From: Candidatus Rifleibacteriota bacterium
GTDB lineage: Bacteria; Muiribacteriota; Ozemobacteria; Ozemobacterales; Ozemobacteraceae
NCBI GenBank assembly: GCA_012517355.1
Contig: JAAYVD010000172.1
Coordinates: forward strand, 64,081 to 128,080
Direction: 5' to 3'
DNA length: 64,000 bases
Part shown: positions 27,601 to 35,508 of the stretch, in pieces
Layout: each line of letters opens with the position of its first letter
Numbering within the stretch: position 1 is the stretch's first letter
Notes under the pieces: generated by a model
Seen by the model: only the letters and a program-made list of their open reading frames with translations
Databases searched by the model: none
What the model was told of the DNA's origin: nothing
Program-made: the position numbers and the translations under genes

Positions 27601-28493
27601 ACCTTGGTCGAGGTCAGGGCGGGCACCTGCCCGACCGGGCAGGACTCGCGGAAATCGCAGAAGGGGCAGGCGGACGACCGCACGGGCTGGAACTTCCCCT
27701 GGTAGATCGCTTCCCCGATCTCGAGGTAGGTCTTCTTCCCCTGGGCCAGCAGCGCCGGCGAGCGCTGGACGGTGAGCGCCACCCCCTCGCGCAGGAACAG
27801 GTGGGTGACCTTCTGCACCTTCCCCGGCCAGATCACGTCGCCGGCCAGGAACAGGAGCTGGATGGGCAGACTCTGCGTCAGTTCGGCGGCTCCGCCGGCG
27901 GGGGTCTTCCCGCTCTTGTAGTCGATGATCTCGATCGAGCCGTCGGGATGCTGGTCGACGCGGTCCATGCGGCCGCTGAACTCCCCGCCGAACAGGTCGA
28001 TCTTGAAGAAGTAGTCGATCTCGACCGCCCGGGGCGGGGTCTGGCAGAAGTTCTGGTGGAACAGGCGCAGGGCCGCTTCGGCGTCGTGCCGGAACTGCTG
28101 CTCCTGCTCGGCCGACTCGTAGCCGCGGGAATCCCAGCTGGTGCCCAGCAGCTGCATCAGCTTCTCGAGCTTGAGGGGCTCGTTGGCCCCGCGGCTCTTG
28201 AAGAAGACCTTCAGGGCGGTGTGCAGGCTCTGGTCGAACGACAGGTTGGGCGCGGGGGCGGTTCCCTGCGGCGCCTTCTCGATGTACGAGAAGTGGAACT
28301 TCTTGGGGCAGGTGCGGTAGACCTCGATCTTGCCCGGGGTCAGCGGGATCTTGAATTTTTTCTGGGGCGGGGCGGCCGGTGGGGTGGGGGGCCGCGGCGG
28401 CCGTCCGGGCGGGGCGGCTTCGGGGGGCTTCTTCTCGAGGTTCTCCTTCGTCTTGCGGAACAGCTTCTGGAACAGGTTCGGCTTGTCGGCCAT
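24645..28493 (-). CDS. 1282-aa protein with five tandem PD-(D/E)XK (RecB/AddB/Cas4-like) Fe-S nuclease domains
   Basis: Five ~235-aa repeats, each with an N-terminal (S/T)..K.....CP.(K/A)(Y/F), a central DR(V/I)D..P(D/N)G..E..(D)YK and a C-terminal CxxC.....C. GAGGA RBS; TATAAT at 28532-28537 on the minus strand. Confidence 0.92.
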   Translation of the reverse strand: MADKPNLFQKLFRKTKENLEKKPPEAAPPGRPPRPPTPPAAPPQKKFKIPLTPGKIEVYRTCPKKFHFSYIEKAPQGTAPAPNLSFDQSLHTALKVFFKSRGANEPLKLEKLMQLLGTSWDSRGYESAEQEQQFRHDAEAALRLFHQNFCQTPPRAVEIDYFFKIDLFGGEFSGRMDRVDQHPDGSIEIIDYKSGKTPAGGAAELTQSLPIQLLFLAGDVIWPGKVQKVTHLFLREGVALTVQRSPALLAQGKKTYLEIGEAIYQGKFQPVRSSACPFCDFRESCPVGQVPALTSTKVRTFLECPQKFAHYYLHRTAGRAEPAEPSTDLALDRALHDALTALHRDFKPAAHGDPQGYLFARFYEAVPKTFPEETVVLMKETGRELLQLYFKLLYPKSHTRFINEFLSLSTERYDFQITIDRIDEHPDGSLELIDYKTGKSVKDEGELKIDPVSAITCAVAAAKWPGRVKRFTHLYLRAARAVTVEVDEFMTKHGIDLLEDISERMRRKEFETLGGPGCSTCRAATQCQFQALTATTAKIQTLRECPRKYKFRYLERAPVPDKERPALLLNQVVRDVLRDFFALNQSADLEKLYKYYLTRIPTDVSLSLQARQFLEETGKKALKNFLESLEGKRPRVRTLADQARAPFEGVVLSAGFDRVDILPNGNYEVFVYKTTKRPMTVHEAEIDLSGVLTHTVASLTWPGKVERTTFLYLLPGERVVFTPSPRDLERLKLAVSEFQDENARGEFEGNRNPLCPYCDYLDRCEDAKRMLLSPSKINSFLSCPLKYKMNYIDRVPKEPRPTPHLNFDRSLHYALREYHEHFERKMQKVNPFRELLAKHWIDGGYTDWEEEQRFKSRGMQMLEEYFNGLTGEENPVMFETSARWTFDDLDLAVQIDRVDQLPDGKYEIIDYKSGKKIPDERIIHEDMGLLNMYLAASQRWPGQVAKVSYIFLAANKKMSLTPESEHIEAHKKRLRKIVAGITEAKWEPNKGALCAWCEFYNPCPEWKVKPFQMAGETPEVFRKRIRLSYSKMSLYLNCPRAYKRLYLDRVPPKPQPFFSFGTTIHETFEHIYDPGNPRPKPSLEEVLKIYDEVRLTHREGMASEEIEERYRQDGIRQITLYYNRFIKDQPFAPAHSIEDYFELPCGKYAVMTGFIDRIDKLPDGTYEILDYKTEPTMRTQDEVDHDKQLSIYYWACEDALGLKISKLSLFMLDHDAKITTTRTREDVPKVVEQVDKTAYAMINEKEFAPRKNKYCKSCDHLHDCPLKEEVLQDQSLISMKKF

Positions 28494-28715
28494 GGGTGTG
28501 TCCTCGTTTTGCGCGTGGCGATATGCCATCCATTATACGGCAACCCGACCACGGATGCAGGGGATACGGAAAACTTGCGTGGTCCTTCCCGGCGTGGGAG
28601 AATGCTCCGGAAGAGGTTCCAGAAAGATGACCGGCCGACACCGGCAGAAATCCGGGCGACGGGAAGCGGGAGAAAACCCCCCGGCGTGGCTTCCGGGCAG
28701 GCAAGGGAGGGTGTA

Positions 28716-29339
28716 GTGAGCGTGCAACAGGCTTACGAGATCTGGGGCGCGGCGTTCGAAGACGAAGGGAAGGTGACCTCCGAGTTCGACCGCGAGGTCA
28801 TGCGCATCGTCCTGGGCGGCCGCCGGTTCGGTTCCATTCTCGAGATCGGTTGCGGCACCGGCCGCAATACCCCTGTCCTGGCCGAGATCGGCAACCGCGT
28901 GACCGCCATGGACGTGGCCACCGGCCTGGTCTGGCGCGCCCGCGCCAAGGTCCCCCGCGACACCGTTTCCTACATGATGGCCGATTTCATGCGCTCCTGG
29001 CCGGTGCGCGACTGCGCCTTCGACCTGGTGGTCAGCAACCTGGTCCTCGAGTATGCCCGCGACCTCGAGGCCATCTACCGCGAAGCCGCCCGGGTGCTGG
29101 TGCCCGGCGGCCGCTACTTCCTGTCCGAATTCCACCCGTACCGGCAATGCCAGCGGGTCGGGGCCGCCGTCGGCTTGTACCGCGACGTCGATCCGCCCCC
29201 GACCTTCCTCCACCACGTCTCCGACCACCTGTCCGCCGCCATGGCGGCCGGGTTCTCCCTCGAGCAGCTCAACGAGTGGTGGGAAGGGGTCGAGCACCAG
29301 AAGCCCCCCCGCATGTTGTCCCTCCTGCTGATCCGGTAG
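28716..29339 (+). CDS. Class I SAM-dependent methyltransferase
   Basis: ILEIGCGTGR, FDLVVSNLVL and RVLVPGGR motifs; GGGAGG RBS before the GTG at 28716. Confidence 0.9.
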   Translation: MSVQQAYEIWGAAFEDEGKVTSEFDREVMRIVLGGRRFGSILEIGCGTGRNTPVLAEIGNRVTAMDVATGLVWRARAKVPRDTVSYMMADFMRSWPVRDCAFDLVVSNLVLEYARDLEAIYREAARVLVPGGRYFLSEFHPYRQCQRVGAAVGLYRDVDPPPTFLHHVSDHLSAAMAAGFSLEQLNEWWEGVEHQKPPRMLSLLLIR

Positions 29340-29582
29340 CCCTCCGGCCACCCTTCCGGGATTGGCCGCGGGTTGCTCCGGAACCATCGCGGATCCCCCG
29401 CGGCCACCGCCCGGCACCGGCCAGTCGGGGCCCTGGCCGCCTCCGGCCGCCGTTCGGCACGCATACCCGACCATGCCCGACCATACCCGAAGTTGCCCGG
29501 GTTTGGACGGGCGGTTCCGGTTTTCCCGGCGTTTTCCGCCCGGGAATCGGCGAAATCCCGGTTAGGACGTCCGCGGGCCCTG

Positions 29583-29591
29583 TGCTATAAT
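29583..29591 (+). promoter_or_regulatory. Extended -10 promoter of the ornithine operon
   Basis: TGCTATAAT 60 nt upstream of ord. Confidence 0.65.
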
Positions 29592-29650
29592 GGCCCCCTC
29601 GGGGAGACCCGAAACCATCATACCGAAAAGGGAAAGGATTCTTCAAAGGC

Positions 29651-30691
29651 ATGAAACCGATCCGCGTCGTTCAATGGGGCCTGGGCGCCATGGGCAGTGG
29701 CATGTGCAAGCTGATGCTCGAGAAGGAAGGGCTGAAGATCGTCGGAGCCATCCGCAAACGGCCCGACACCGCCGGGAAGGACCTCGGCGAAGTGCTGGGG
29801 CTCAACAAGACCCTGGGCGTCAAGATCACCAACAAGCCCGCCGACGTCCTCAAGAAGGACAACGTCGACCTGGTCCTCCATGCCACCGACTCCTTCACCC
29901 GCTCCTGTTTCGACGAACTGAAGAAGATCATCGAAGCCGGCATCGACGTCATCTCGATCGCCGAGGAGATGGCCTACCCGCACGCCCAGGAACCCGATCT
30001 CGCCAAGGAGATCGACATGCTGGCCAAGCGGCACGATGTCACCGTGCTCGGCACCGGCGTCAACCCCGGCTTCGTCCTCGACGCCCTGGTCATCATGCTG
30101 TCCGGCGCCTGCCTGCGCGTCGACCGCATCGAGGCCAGCCGCATCAACGACCTGTCCCCCTTCGGCGCCACCGTCATGAAGACCCAGGGCGTCGGCACCA
30201 CCCCCGAGGAGTTCGAGGCCGGCCTGAAGAGCGGCACCATCGTCGGCCACATCGGCTTCCCCGAGTCGATCAGCATGATCTCCGACGCCCTCGGCCTCGG
30301 CGTCGACCGCATCGAGCAGCAGCGCCGCCCGATCATCTCCAAGACCCACCGCGAGACCCCGGTCGTCAAGGTGTCGCCGGGCATGGTCGCCGGCTGCGAG
30401 CACATCGGCATCGGCTACCGCGGTCAGACCGAGGTCATCAAGCTGATCCACCCGCAGCAGATCCATCCGGGCAAGGAAGACATCCTGACCGGCGATTACA
30501 TCAACATCTTCGGCGATCCCGACATCCACATGAGCAACAAGCCCGAGATCCCCGGCGGGAAGGGCACCATGGCCGTCGCCGTCAACATGATCCCCATCGT
30601 CAAGAAGGCCGGCCCCGGCCTCAAGCGCATGATCGACCTGCCCATCCCGGCCTGCCTGATGGGAAAGACCGCCTACGACCGGTGGATCTGA
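29651..30691 (+). CDS. ord: 2,4-diaminopentanoate dehydrogenase
   Basis: WGLGAMGSG, AEEMAYP, GTGVNPGFVLD, NDLSPFG, GHIGFPES and PEIPGGKGT motifs, plus operon context. Confidence 0.92.
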   Translation: MKPIRVVQWGLGAMGSGMCKLMLEKEGLKIVGAIRKRPDTAGKDLGEVLGLNKTLGVKITNKPADVLKKDNVDLVLHATDSFTRSCFDELKKIIEAGIDVISIAEEMAYPHAQEPDLAKEIDMLAKRHDVTVLGTGVNPGFVLDALVIMLSGACLRVDRIEASRINDLSPFGATVMKTQGVGTTPEEFEAGLKSGTIVGHIGFPESISMISDALGLGVDRIEQQRRPIISKTHRETPVVKVSPGMVAGCEHIGIGYRGQTEVIKLIHPQQIHPGKEDILTGDYINIFGDPDIHMSNKPEIPGGKGTMAVAVNMIPIVKKAGPGLKRMIDLPIPACLMGKTAYDRWI

Positions 30692-30692
30692 G

Positions 30693-30980
30693 ATGAGCAC
30701 CGTCCCCACGGGAACCTGGGTCGAGATCGAGAGGGTCATCCTTCGTCCCGACCAACGGGCCCCCAACATTCCGGAAGACACCGCCCGCACGCCCTACGTG
30801 ATGCGGGTCTCCGGGTGGCTCCTGGAGCCGGCTGCCCCCGGGCAGCCGGCCCGGGTCCGCACCCTGATCGGCCGCGAGCTGGCAGGAACCCTGAAGACGG
30901 TCTCCCCCAGCTACACCCACGGCTTCGGCGAGGTCGTTCCCGAGCTGCTCGACATCGGTACCGCGGGAGGGAAGCCATGA
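30693..30980 (+). CDS. ortA: 2-amino-4-ketopentanoate thiolase alpha subunit
   Basis: WVEI..VIL.P.QRAP.IPEDT...P and PSYTHGFG..VPELL.IG motifs, plus context. Confidence 0.92.
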   Translation: MSTVPTGTWVEIERVILRPDQRAPNIPEDTARTPYVMRVSGWLLEPAAPGQPARVRTLIGRELAGTLKTVSPSYTHGFGEVVPELLDIGTAGGKP

Positions 30981-32383
30981 AACGCGACACCTCCTACGCC
31001 GCCGTCACCGCCCGCAAGAACGAGATCATGAAGGCCTCGCTCGGGGTCGATTTCGACCGCTACGTCACCAGCCCCGTCGCCTTCGACTACGAGCGCCTGA
31101 TGAAAGACACGGGGTACACCCTCGACGACATCGTCCGCATCCAGCGCGAGACCAAGGTGGGCGACACCCCCCTGTTCGAGCTGACCCGCCTGACCGAGGT
31201 GGTCCGCCAGATCAGTCCCCGCGGCAAGGGCGCCACCATCCTCCTGAAGGACGAGGCGGCCAACGCCTCGGGCAGCTTCAAGGCCCGGCGCGCCTCGATC
31301 TCCGCCTACGAGGCGAAGAAGCGCGGCTACGCCGGCGTCATCGCCGCCACCTCCGGCAACTACGGCGCCGCGGTCGCCTCCCAGGCGGCCATGCGCGGCC
31401 TCAAGTGCATCATCCTCCAGGAGGTCTACGACTCGCAGGGGGTCGGCCAGCCCGAGATCGTCGAGAAGGGCCGCAAGTGCGAGGCGTTCGGCGCCGAGGT
31501 CCACAAGCTCACCGTCGGCCCCGAACTGTTCTACTGCCTGCTGCTCGCCCTCGAGGAGACGATGTTCTTCAACGCCTCCCTCTACACCCCGTTCGGCATC
31601 AAGGGCGTCGAGACCCTCGGCACCGAGATCGCCGCCCAGGTGCGGGCCCGCTACCGTCGCGACCCCGACGTCGTCGTCATCACCCACGCCGGCGGCGGCA
31701 ACCTCACCGGCACCGCCCGGGGCCTTTTGGCCGCCGGGGCCGACAAGACCCGCATCGTCGCCTGCTCCGTCGACCTGAGCGGGCTGCACATGGCCTCCGA
31801 CCGCGACTTCAACCGCAAGTCCTTCACCACCGGCCACACCGGGTTCGGCGTGCCCTTCGCCACCTGGCCCGACCGGGTCGACGTGCCGCGCAACGCCGCC
31901 CGCAGCCTGCGCTACATGGACGACTACCAGCTGGTGTCGCAGGGCGAGGTCTTCTACGTCACCGAACTGCTGGCCAAGCTCGAGGGCATCGAGCGCGGTC
32001 CGGCCGGCAACACCAGCCTGACCGCCGCGGTCGCCCTGGCCCGCACCCTCGACCGCGACCAGGTGGTCGTGGTGCAGGAGACCGAATACACCGGCGCCGG
32101 CAAGCACCACAACGCCCAACTCAGCTTCGCCCGGAAGATGGGCGTCGAGGTGCGCCGCGGCGACCCGCGCGAGAACGTGCCGGGGAAGGCGATCGTCATT
32201 CCCGAACGGCTCGAACAGGTCACCGGCCACGGGCAGTCCATGGACAAGCTGCGCGAGTCGTACCTGAAAAACGCGGCGAAGGCCCATCCCGCCAAGAAAT
32301 GGACCGACGCCGACAAGGCCTTCCTGGCCGCCGACGTGAAGAAAGACGTGGCCTGGCTGGAGTCCCGCCTGCGGGAACTCTGA
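30977..32383 (+). CDS. ortB: 2-amino-4-ketopentanoate thiolase beta subunit (PLP)
   Basis: KDEAANASGSFKARRA, ATSGNYGAAVASQAA, FNRKSFTTGHTGFG and QETEYTGAGKH motifs; ATGA overlap with ortA. Confidence 0.93.
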   Translation: MKRDTSYAAVTARKNEIMKASLGVDFDRYVTSPVAFDYERLMKDTGYTLDDIVRIQRETKVGDTPLFELTRLTEVVRQISPRGKGATILLKDEAANASGSFKARRASISAYEAKKRGYAGVIAATSGNYGAAVASQAAMRGLKCIILQEVYDSQGVGQPEIVEKGRKCEAFGAEVHKLTVGPELFYCLLLALEETMFFNASLYTPFGIKGVETLGTEIAAQVRARYRRDPDVVVITHAGGGNLTGTARGLLAAGADKTRIVACSVDLSGLHMASDRDFNRKSFTTGHTGFGVPFATWPDRVDVPRNAARSLRYMDDYQLVSQGEVFYVTELLAKLEGIERGPAGNTSLTAAVALARTLDRDQVVVVQETEYTGAGKHHNAQLSFARKMGVEVRRGDPRENVPGKAIVIPERLEQVTGHGQSMDKLRESYLKNAAKAHPAKKWTDADKAFLAADVKKDVAWLESRLREL

Positions 32384-32417
32384 CCCCCCGACGGTCCGAT
32401 GGCTGACCCGACAACCG

Positions 32418-32448
32418 GCATCCCTGGAGGGCTCTCCTCCAGGGATGC
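32418..32448. other. Perfect 13-bp intercistronic stem-loop between ortB and oraS
   Basis: GCATCCCTGGAGG-GCTCT-CCTCCAGGGATGC; no U-tract. Confidence 0.6.
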
Positions 32449-32560
32449 TCCCTTCCCGACCCCTCGCCGGGGCCGCCGGCCGCCGGCCCACCCCTGACCC
32501 GGCCGGCGCTTTTCCCCACCCGCACCCCTCAGACCGAGTGAAAGGAACAAGGAAACGAAG

Positions 32561-32920
32561 ATGAACGACGCAGATCGCCTCAAAAAGTTCGAGGAGCGGC
32601 GCGCCGCCCTCAGGAAGCTGAGCGACGACCAGCTCAAGGAACGCTTCTGGGACCTGTGCCGCCAGGCCGTCGAGCCGATGGTCGAACTGGCGAAGACCCA
32701 CACCAGCCCCTCGATCGAGCGGGCCGTCCTGCTGCGCATGGGGGTCGACAGCGTGTCGACCAAGGGCGTGGTCGGCCGCATCCACGAGGCCGGCCTGCTC
32801 GGCCACGGCGCCGGACACGTCGTGTTGAAGGTCAGCCAGAAGTTCAAGACCGACGTTCGCGGGGCGGCGAAGAAGATCGTCGACGACCCCAACTGCCTCA
32901 ACGGCCTGTTCGGGAGGTGA
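32561..32920 (+). CDS. oraS: D-ornithine 4,5-aminomutase subunit alpha (S)
   Basis: FEERR..L..LSD..L..RFW, HTSPSIERAVLLRMG and GLLGHGAGH motifs. Confidence 0.93.
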   Translation: MNDADRLKKFEERRAALRKLSDDQLKERFWDLCRQAVEPMVELAKTHTSPSIERAVLLRMGVDSVSTKGVVGRIHEAGLLGHGAGHVVLKVSQKFKTDVRGAAKKIVDDPNCLNGLFGR

Positions 32921-32924
32921 ACCA

Positions 32925-35123
32925 GTGAAGAATCTCGATCCCAAGACCAAGATCGACATCGAGGAGATCCTCACCGGGCTCGACACCTACCACCCGCCGC
33001 GCAAGGGCTGGACCTGGCGCGAGCCGGTTCCGGGCGGCTACAAGGTCGGCAAGTTCCACTACAAGACCATGACGAAGCCGCTCAAGCAGTCGGTTCCGCT
33101 GCCGGCCTCGAAGTATTTCGACCACATCGACCCGCAGCCGCAGCCGGTCATCACCACCGAGATCGCCTCCGGGCGGTTTGAAGATGACATCCGGCGCATG
33201 CGCATGGCCGCCTGGCACGGCGCCGACCACATCATGGTCATCCGCACCACCGGCCAGAGCCACATCGACGGACTGCTGGAAGGCACCCCGGAAGGCGTCG
33301 GCGGCGTGCCCATCACCCGCAAGCAGATCCGCGCCAGCCGCAAGGCCTGCGACCTGATCGAGGCCGAGGTCGGCCGGCCCATCAACTTCCATTCGTATGT
33401 CTCGGGCGTCGCCGGCCCCGAAGTGGCCGTCCTGTTCGCCGAGGAGGGCATCAACGGCGCCCACCAGGACCCGCAGTACAACGTGCTGTACCGCAACGTC
33501 AACATGTACCGGTCGTTCGTCGACGCCGCGGAGGCCAAGTGCGTGATGGCCGGCGCCCGCATCTTCCAGATCGACGGGGCCCACAACGCCAACGCCACCG
33601 CCAAGGAAGGCTGGTCGGTCATGCCCGAACTGCTCGTCCAGCACGGCATCAACAGCGCCTTCTCGGTCGCCGCCGGCATGCCCAAGGACCTGATCGGCCT
33701 GTCGACCGTGCCGCCCTGCGCGCCGCCCGCCCCCAAGCTGTGGTACGACCTGCCCTACGCGGTCGCCCTGCGCGATTTCTTCAGCGAGTACAAGATGCGG
33801 GCCCAGCAGAACACCCGCTACATCGAGGCCGACATCGAGGAGGCCACCCGCACCCACGTCATCGACACCCTGATCTCGGCCCTGACCCGGGCCGACATCC
33901 AGAGCACCATCACCCCCGACGAGGGGCGCAACGTGCCGTGGCACTACAACAACATCCGCGGCATCGAGACGGCCAAGCAGACCCTGGTCGCCCTCGACGG
34001 CATCCAGGAACTGGTCAAGATCGACCGCTCGGGGCCGCTCGGCGAGATCGTCCGCGACCTGAAGGAACGCGCCGTCTGCTTCCTCGAGGAACTGATCGAG
34101 GCGGGAGGCTACTTCGCCGCCGTCGAGAAGGGCTTCTTCGTCGACTCGGCGAAATACCCCGACCGCAACGGCGACGGCATCGCCCGCGACGGGAAGGGTG
34201 GGGTGGGGGCCGGCAGCATCGTCAGGCGCGAGGCCGACTACTTCGCCCCGGTCTGCAACCACTTCGGCCACAATCACCCGCCCGCCGGGGTGAAGAAGGC
34301 CTGCGACGTCATCGACGGCTGCACGTTCTGCAAGCCCGACAAGATTGTCTACATCGACGAGCTCGACCCCGGCGACAGCTGCCATGCCCGCCTCGAAAAG
34401 ACCCTTCCCTACCGCAAGGGGGGAATGATCAAGCCCGAGGCCGAGTGGGCCGGCGATGGCACCATGCTGCTGCAGTTCTTCCTGCCCGAGGAGATCGACG
34501 TCGCCCGCGTCGCGGCGCTCGAGATCGCGAAGAAGATGGGCCTGGCCGACCCCGAGGTCATCAACGCCCAGGTCATGCATCCCGCCGAGGGCACCTTCCT
34601 CGAGGTGAAAGGGAAGGTCGACATCGCCATCGACAAGAAGACCCTCAAGATCCCGCCCAAGGAGGTCGTCCTGCCCGAGGACGAGCTGCGCGCCGCGGTC
34701 AAGCAATACGGTTTGCGCGTCGTCGCCGGCACGGTCGGTGAGGACGAGCACTCCGTCGGCCTGCGCGAGATCCTCGACATCAAGCACGGCGGCATCGAGA
34801 AATACGGGGTCAAGTACCACTACCTCGGCACCTCCGTGCCGGTCGGGAAACTGGTCGACGCGGCGGTCGAGACCGGCGCCCAGGCCATCCTGATCAGCAC
34901 GATCATCTCGCACAACGACGTCCACAAGGCGATGATGCGGAAACTGGACGAGCTGTGCCGCGAGAAGGGCATCCGCGACAAGATCATCCTGATCAGCGGC
35001 GGCACCCAGGTCACCCGCGACATCGCCCGCCAGGCCGGCATGGACGACGGGTTCGGCCGCGGCACCAAGGGCATCCACGTGGTCAACTCGATGGTCAAGA
35101 TCCTGCGGCAACGGGGGCGCTGA
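32925..35123 (+). CDS. oraE: D-ornithine 4,5-aminomutase subunit beta (E), AdoCbl/PLP-dependent
   Basis: EIASGRFEDDIRRMRMAAWHGADHIMVIR; B12-binding DEHSVG; PLP lysine in IKHGGIEKYG. Confidence 0.96.
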   Translation: MKNLDPKTKIDIEEILTGLDTYHPPRKGWTWREPVPGGYKVGKFHYKTMTKPLKQSVPLPASKYFDHIDPQPQPVITTEIASGRFEDDIRRMRMAAWHGADHIMVIRTTGQSHIDGLLEGTPEGVGGVPITRKQIRASRKACDLIEAEVGRPINFHSYVSGVAGPEVAVLFAEEGINGAHQDPQYNVLYRNVNMYRSFVDAAEAKCVMAGARIFQIDGAHNANATAKEGWSVMPELLVQHGINSAFSVAAGMPKDLIGLSTVPPCAPPAPKLWYDLPYAVALRDFFSEYKMRAQQNTRYIEADIEEATRTHVIDTLISALTRADIQSTITPDEGRNVPWHYNNIRGIETAKQTLVALDGIQELVKIDRSGPLGEIVRDLKERAVCFLEELIEAGGYFAAVEKGFFVDSAKYPDRNGDGIARDGKGGVGAGSIVRREADYFAPVCNHFGHNHPPAGVKKACDVIDGCTFCKPDKIVYIDELDPGDSCHARLEKTLPYRKGGMIKPEAEWAGDGTMLLQFFLPEEIDVARVAALEIAKKMGLADPEVINAQVMHPAEGTFLEVKGKVDIAIDKKTLKIPPKEVVLPEDELRAAVKQYGLRVVAGTVGEDEHSVGLREILDIKHGGIEKYGVKYHYLGTSVPVGKLVDAAVETGAQAILISTIISHNDVHKAMMRKLDELCREKGIRDKIILISGGTQVTRDIARQAGMDDGFGRGTKGIHVVNSMVKILRQRGR

Positions 35124-35508
35124 GCCATCCTTCCCCAGCCGCTCCGCCAGAAGATTCCCGGGCTCCGGCCTTCCTGCCGGGGCCCGGGCCATCCTGCGCC
35201 CGCCGCGACGATCCCCGGCCAGGTCCTCGGCAGCACGGCCCCCAGGCGGGCGGGCCCTGGGGGAGTGGCCGCCGGTGGCGTTTCCCGGAGGAACCGGCTC
35301 TCCGGGTTCCCCCGCCTGGACGGTCCGGTGATCGTCCATTCCCCATTCCCGCGACGGGGATCCGAACCCGGGCTTCGGCGTGCCGGCCCTCTTCCCGGAG
35401 GGCGGTCGCTGGGACCCTTCCCGGTTTCCTTGCGGGTCTCCCGGTTTTCCCCCTGGGGGCCTCCCGACAGAACGCCCCCTGCCCACCTCCCCTCGAGGCT
35501 ACTTGTAC

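Noticed and set aside
24645..28493. Calling the nuclease a CRISPR cas4 or addB/recB gene
   Set aside because: No cas operon, array or helicase domain/partner is present in the window; only the fold family is supported.
24346..28704. 1452-aa minus-strand alternate-frame ORF and the long 5' part of the 26082-29339 ORF
   Set aside because: Arg/Pro/Gly-rich off-frame or antisense shadows of the nuclease gene; only 28716-29339 is a real methyltransferase.
29340..29650. Cobalamin riboswitch ahead of the B12-dependent operon
   Set aside because: No B12-box consensus seen, and the promoter lies only about 60 nt from ord.
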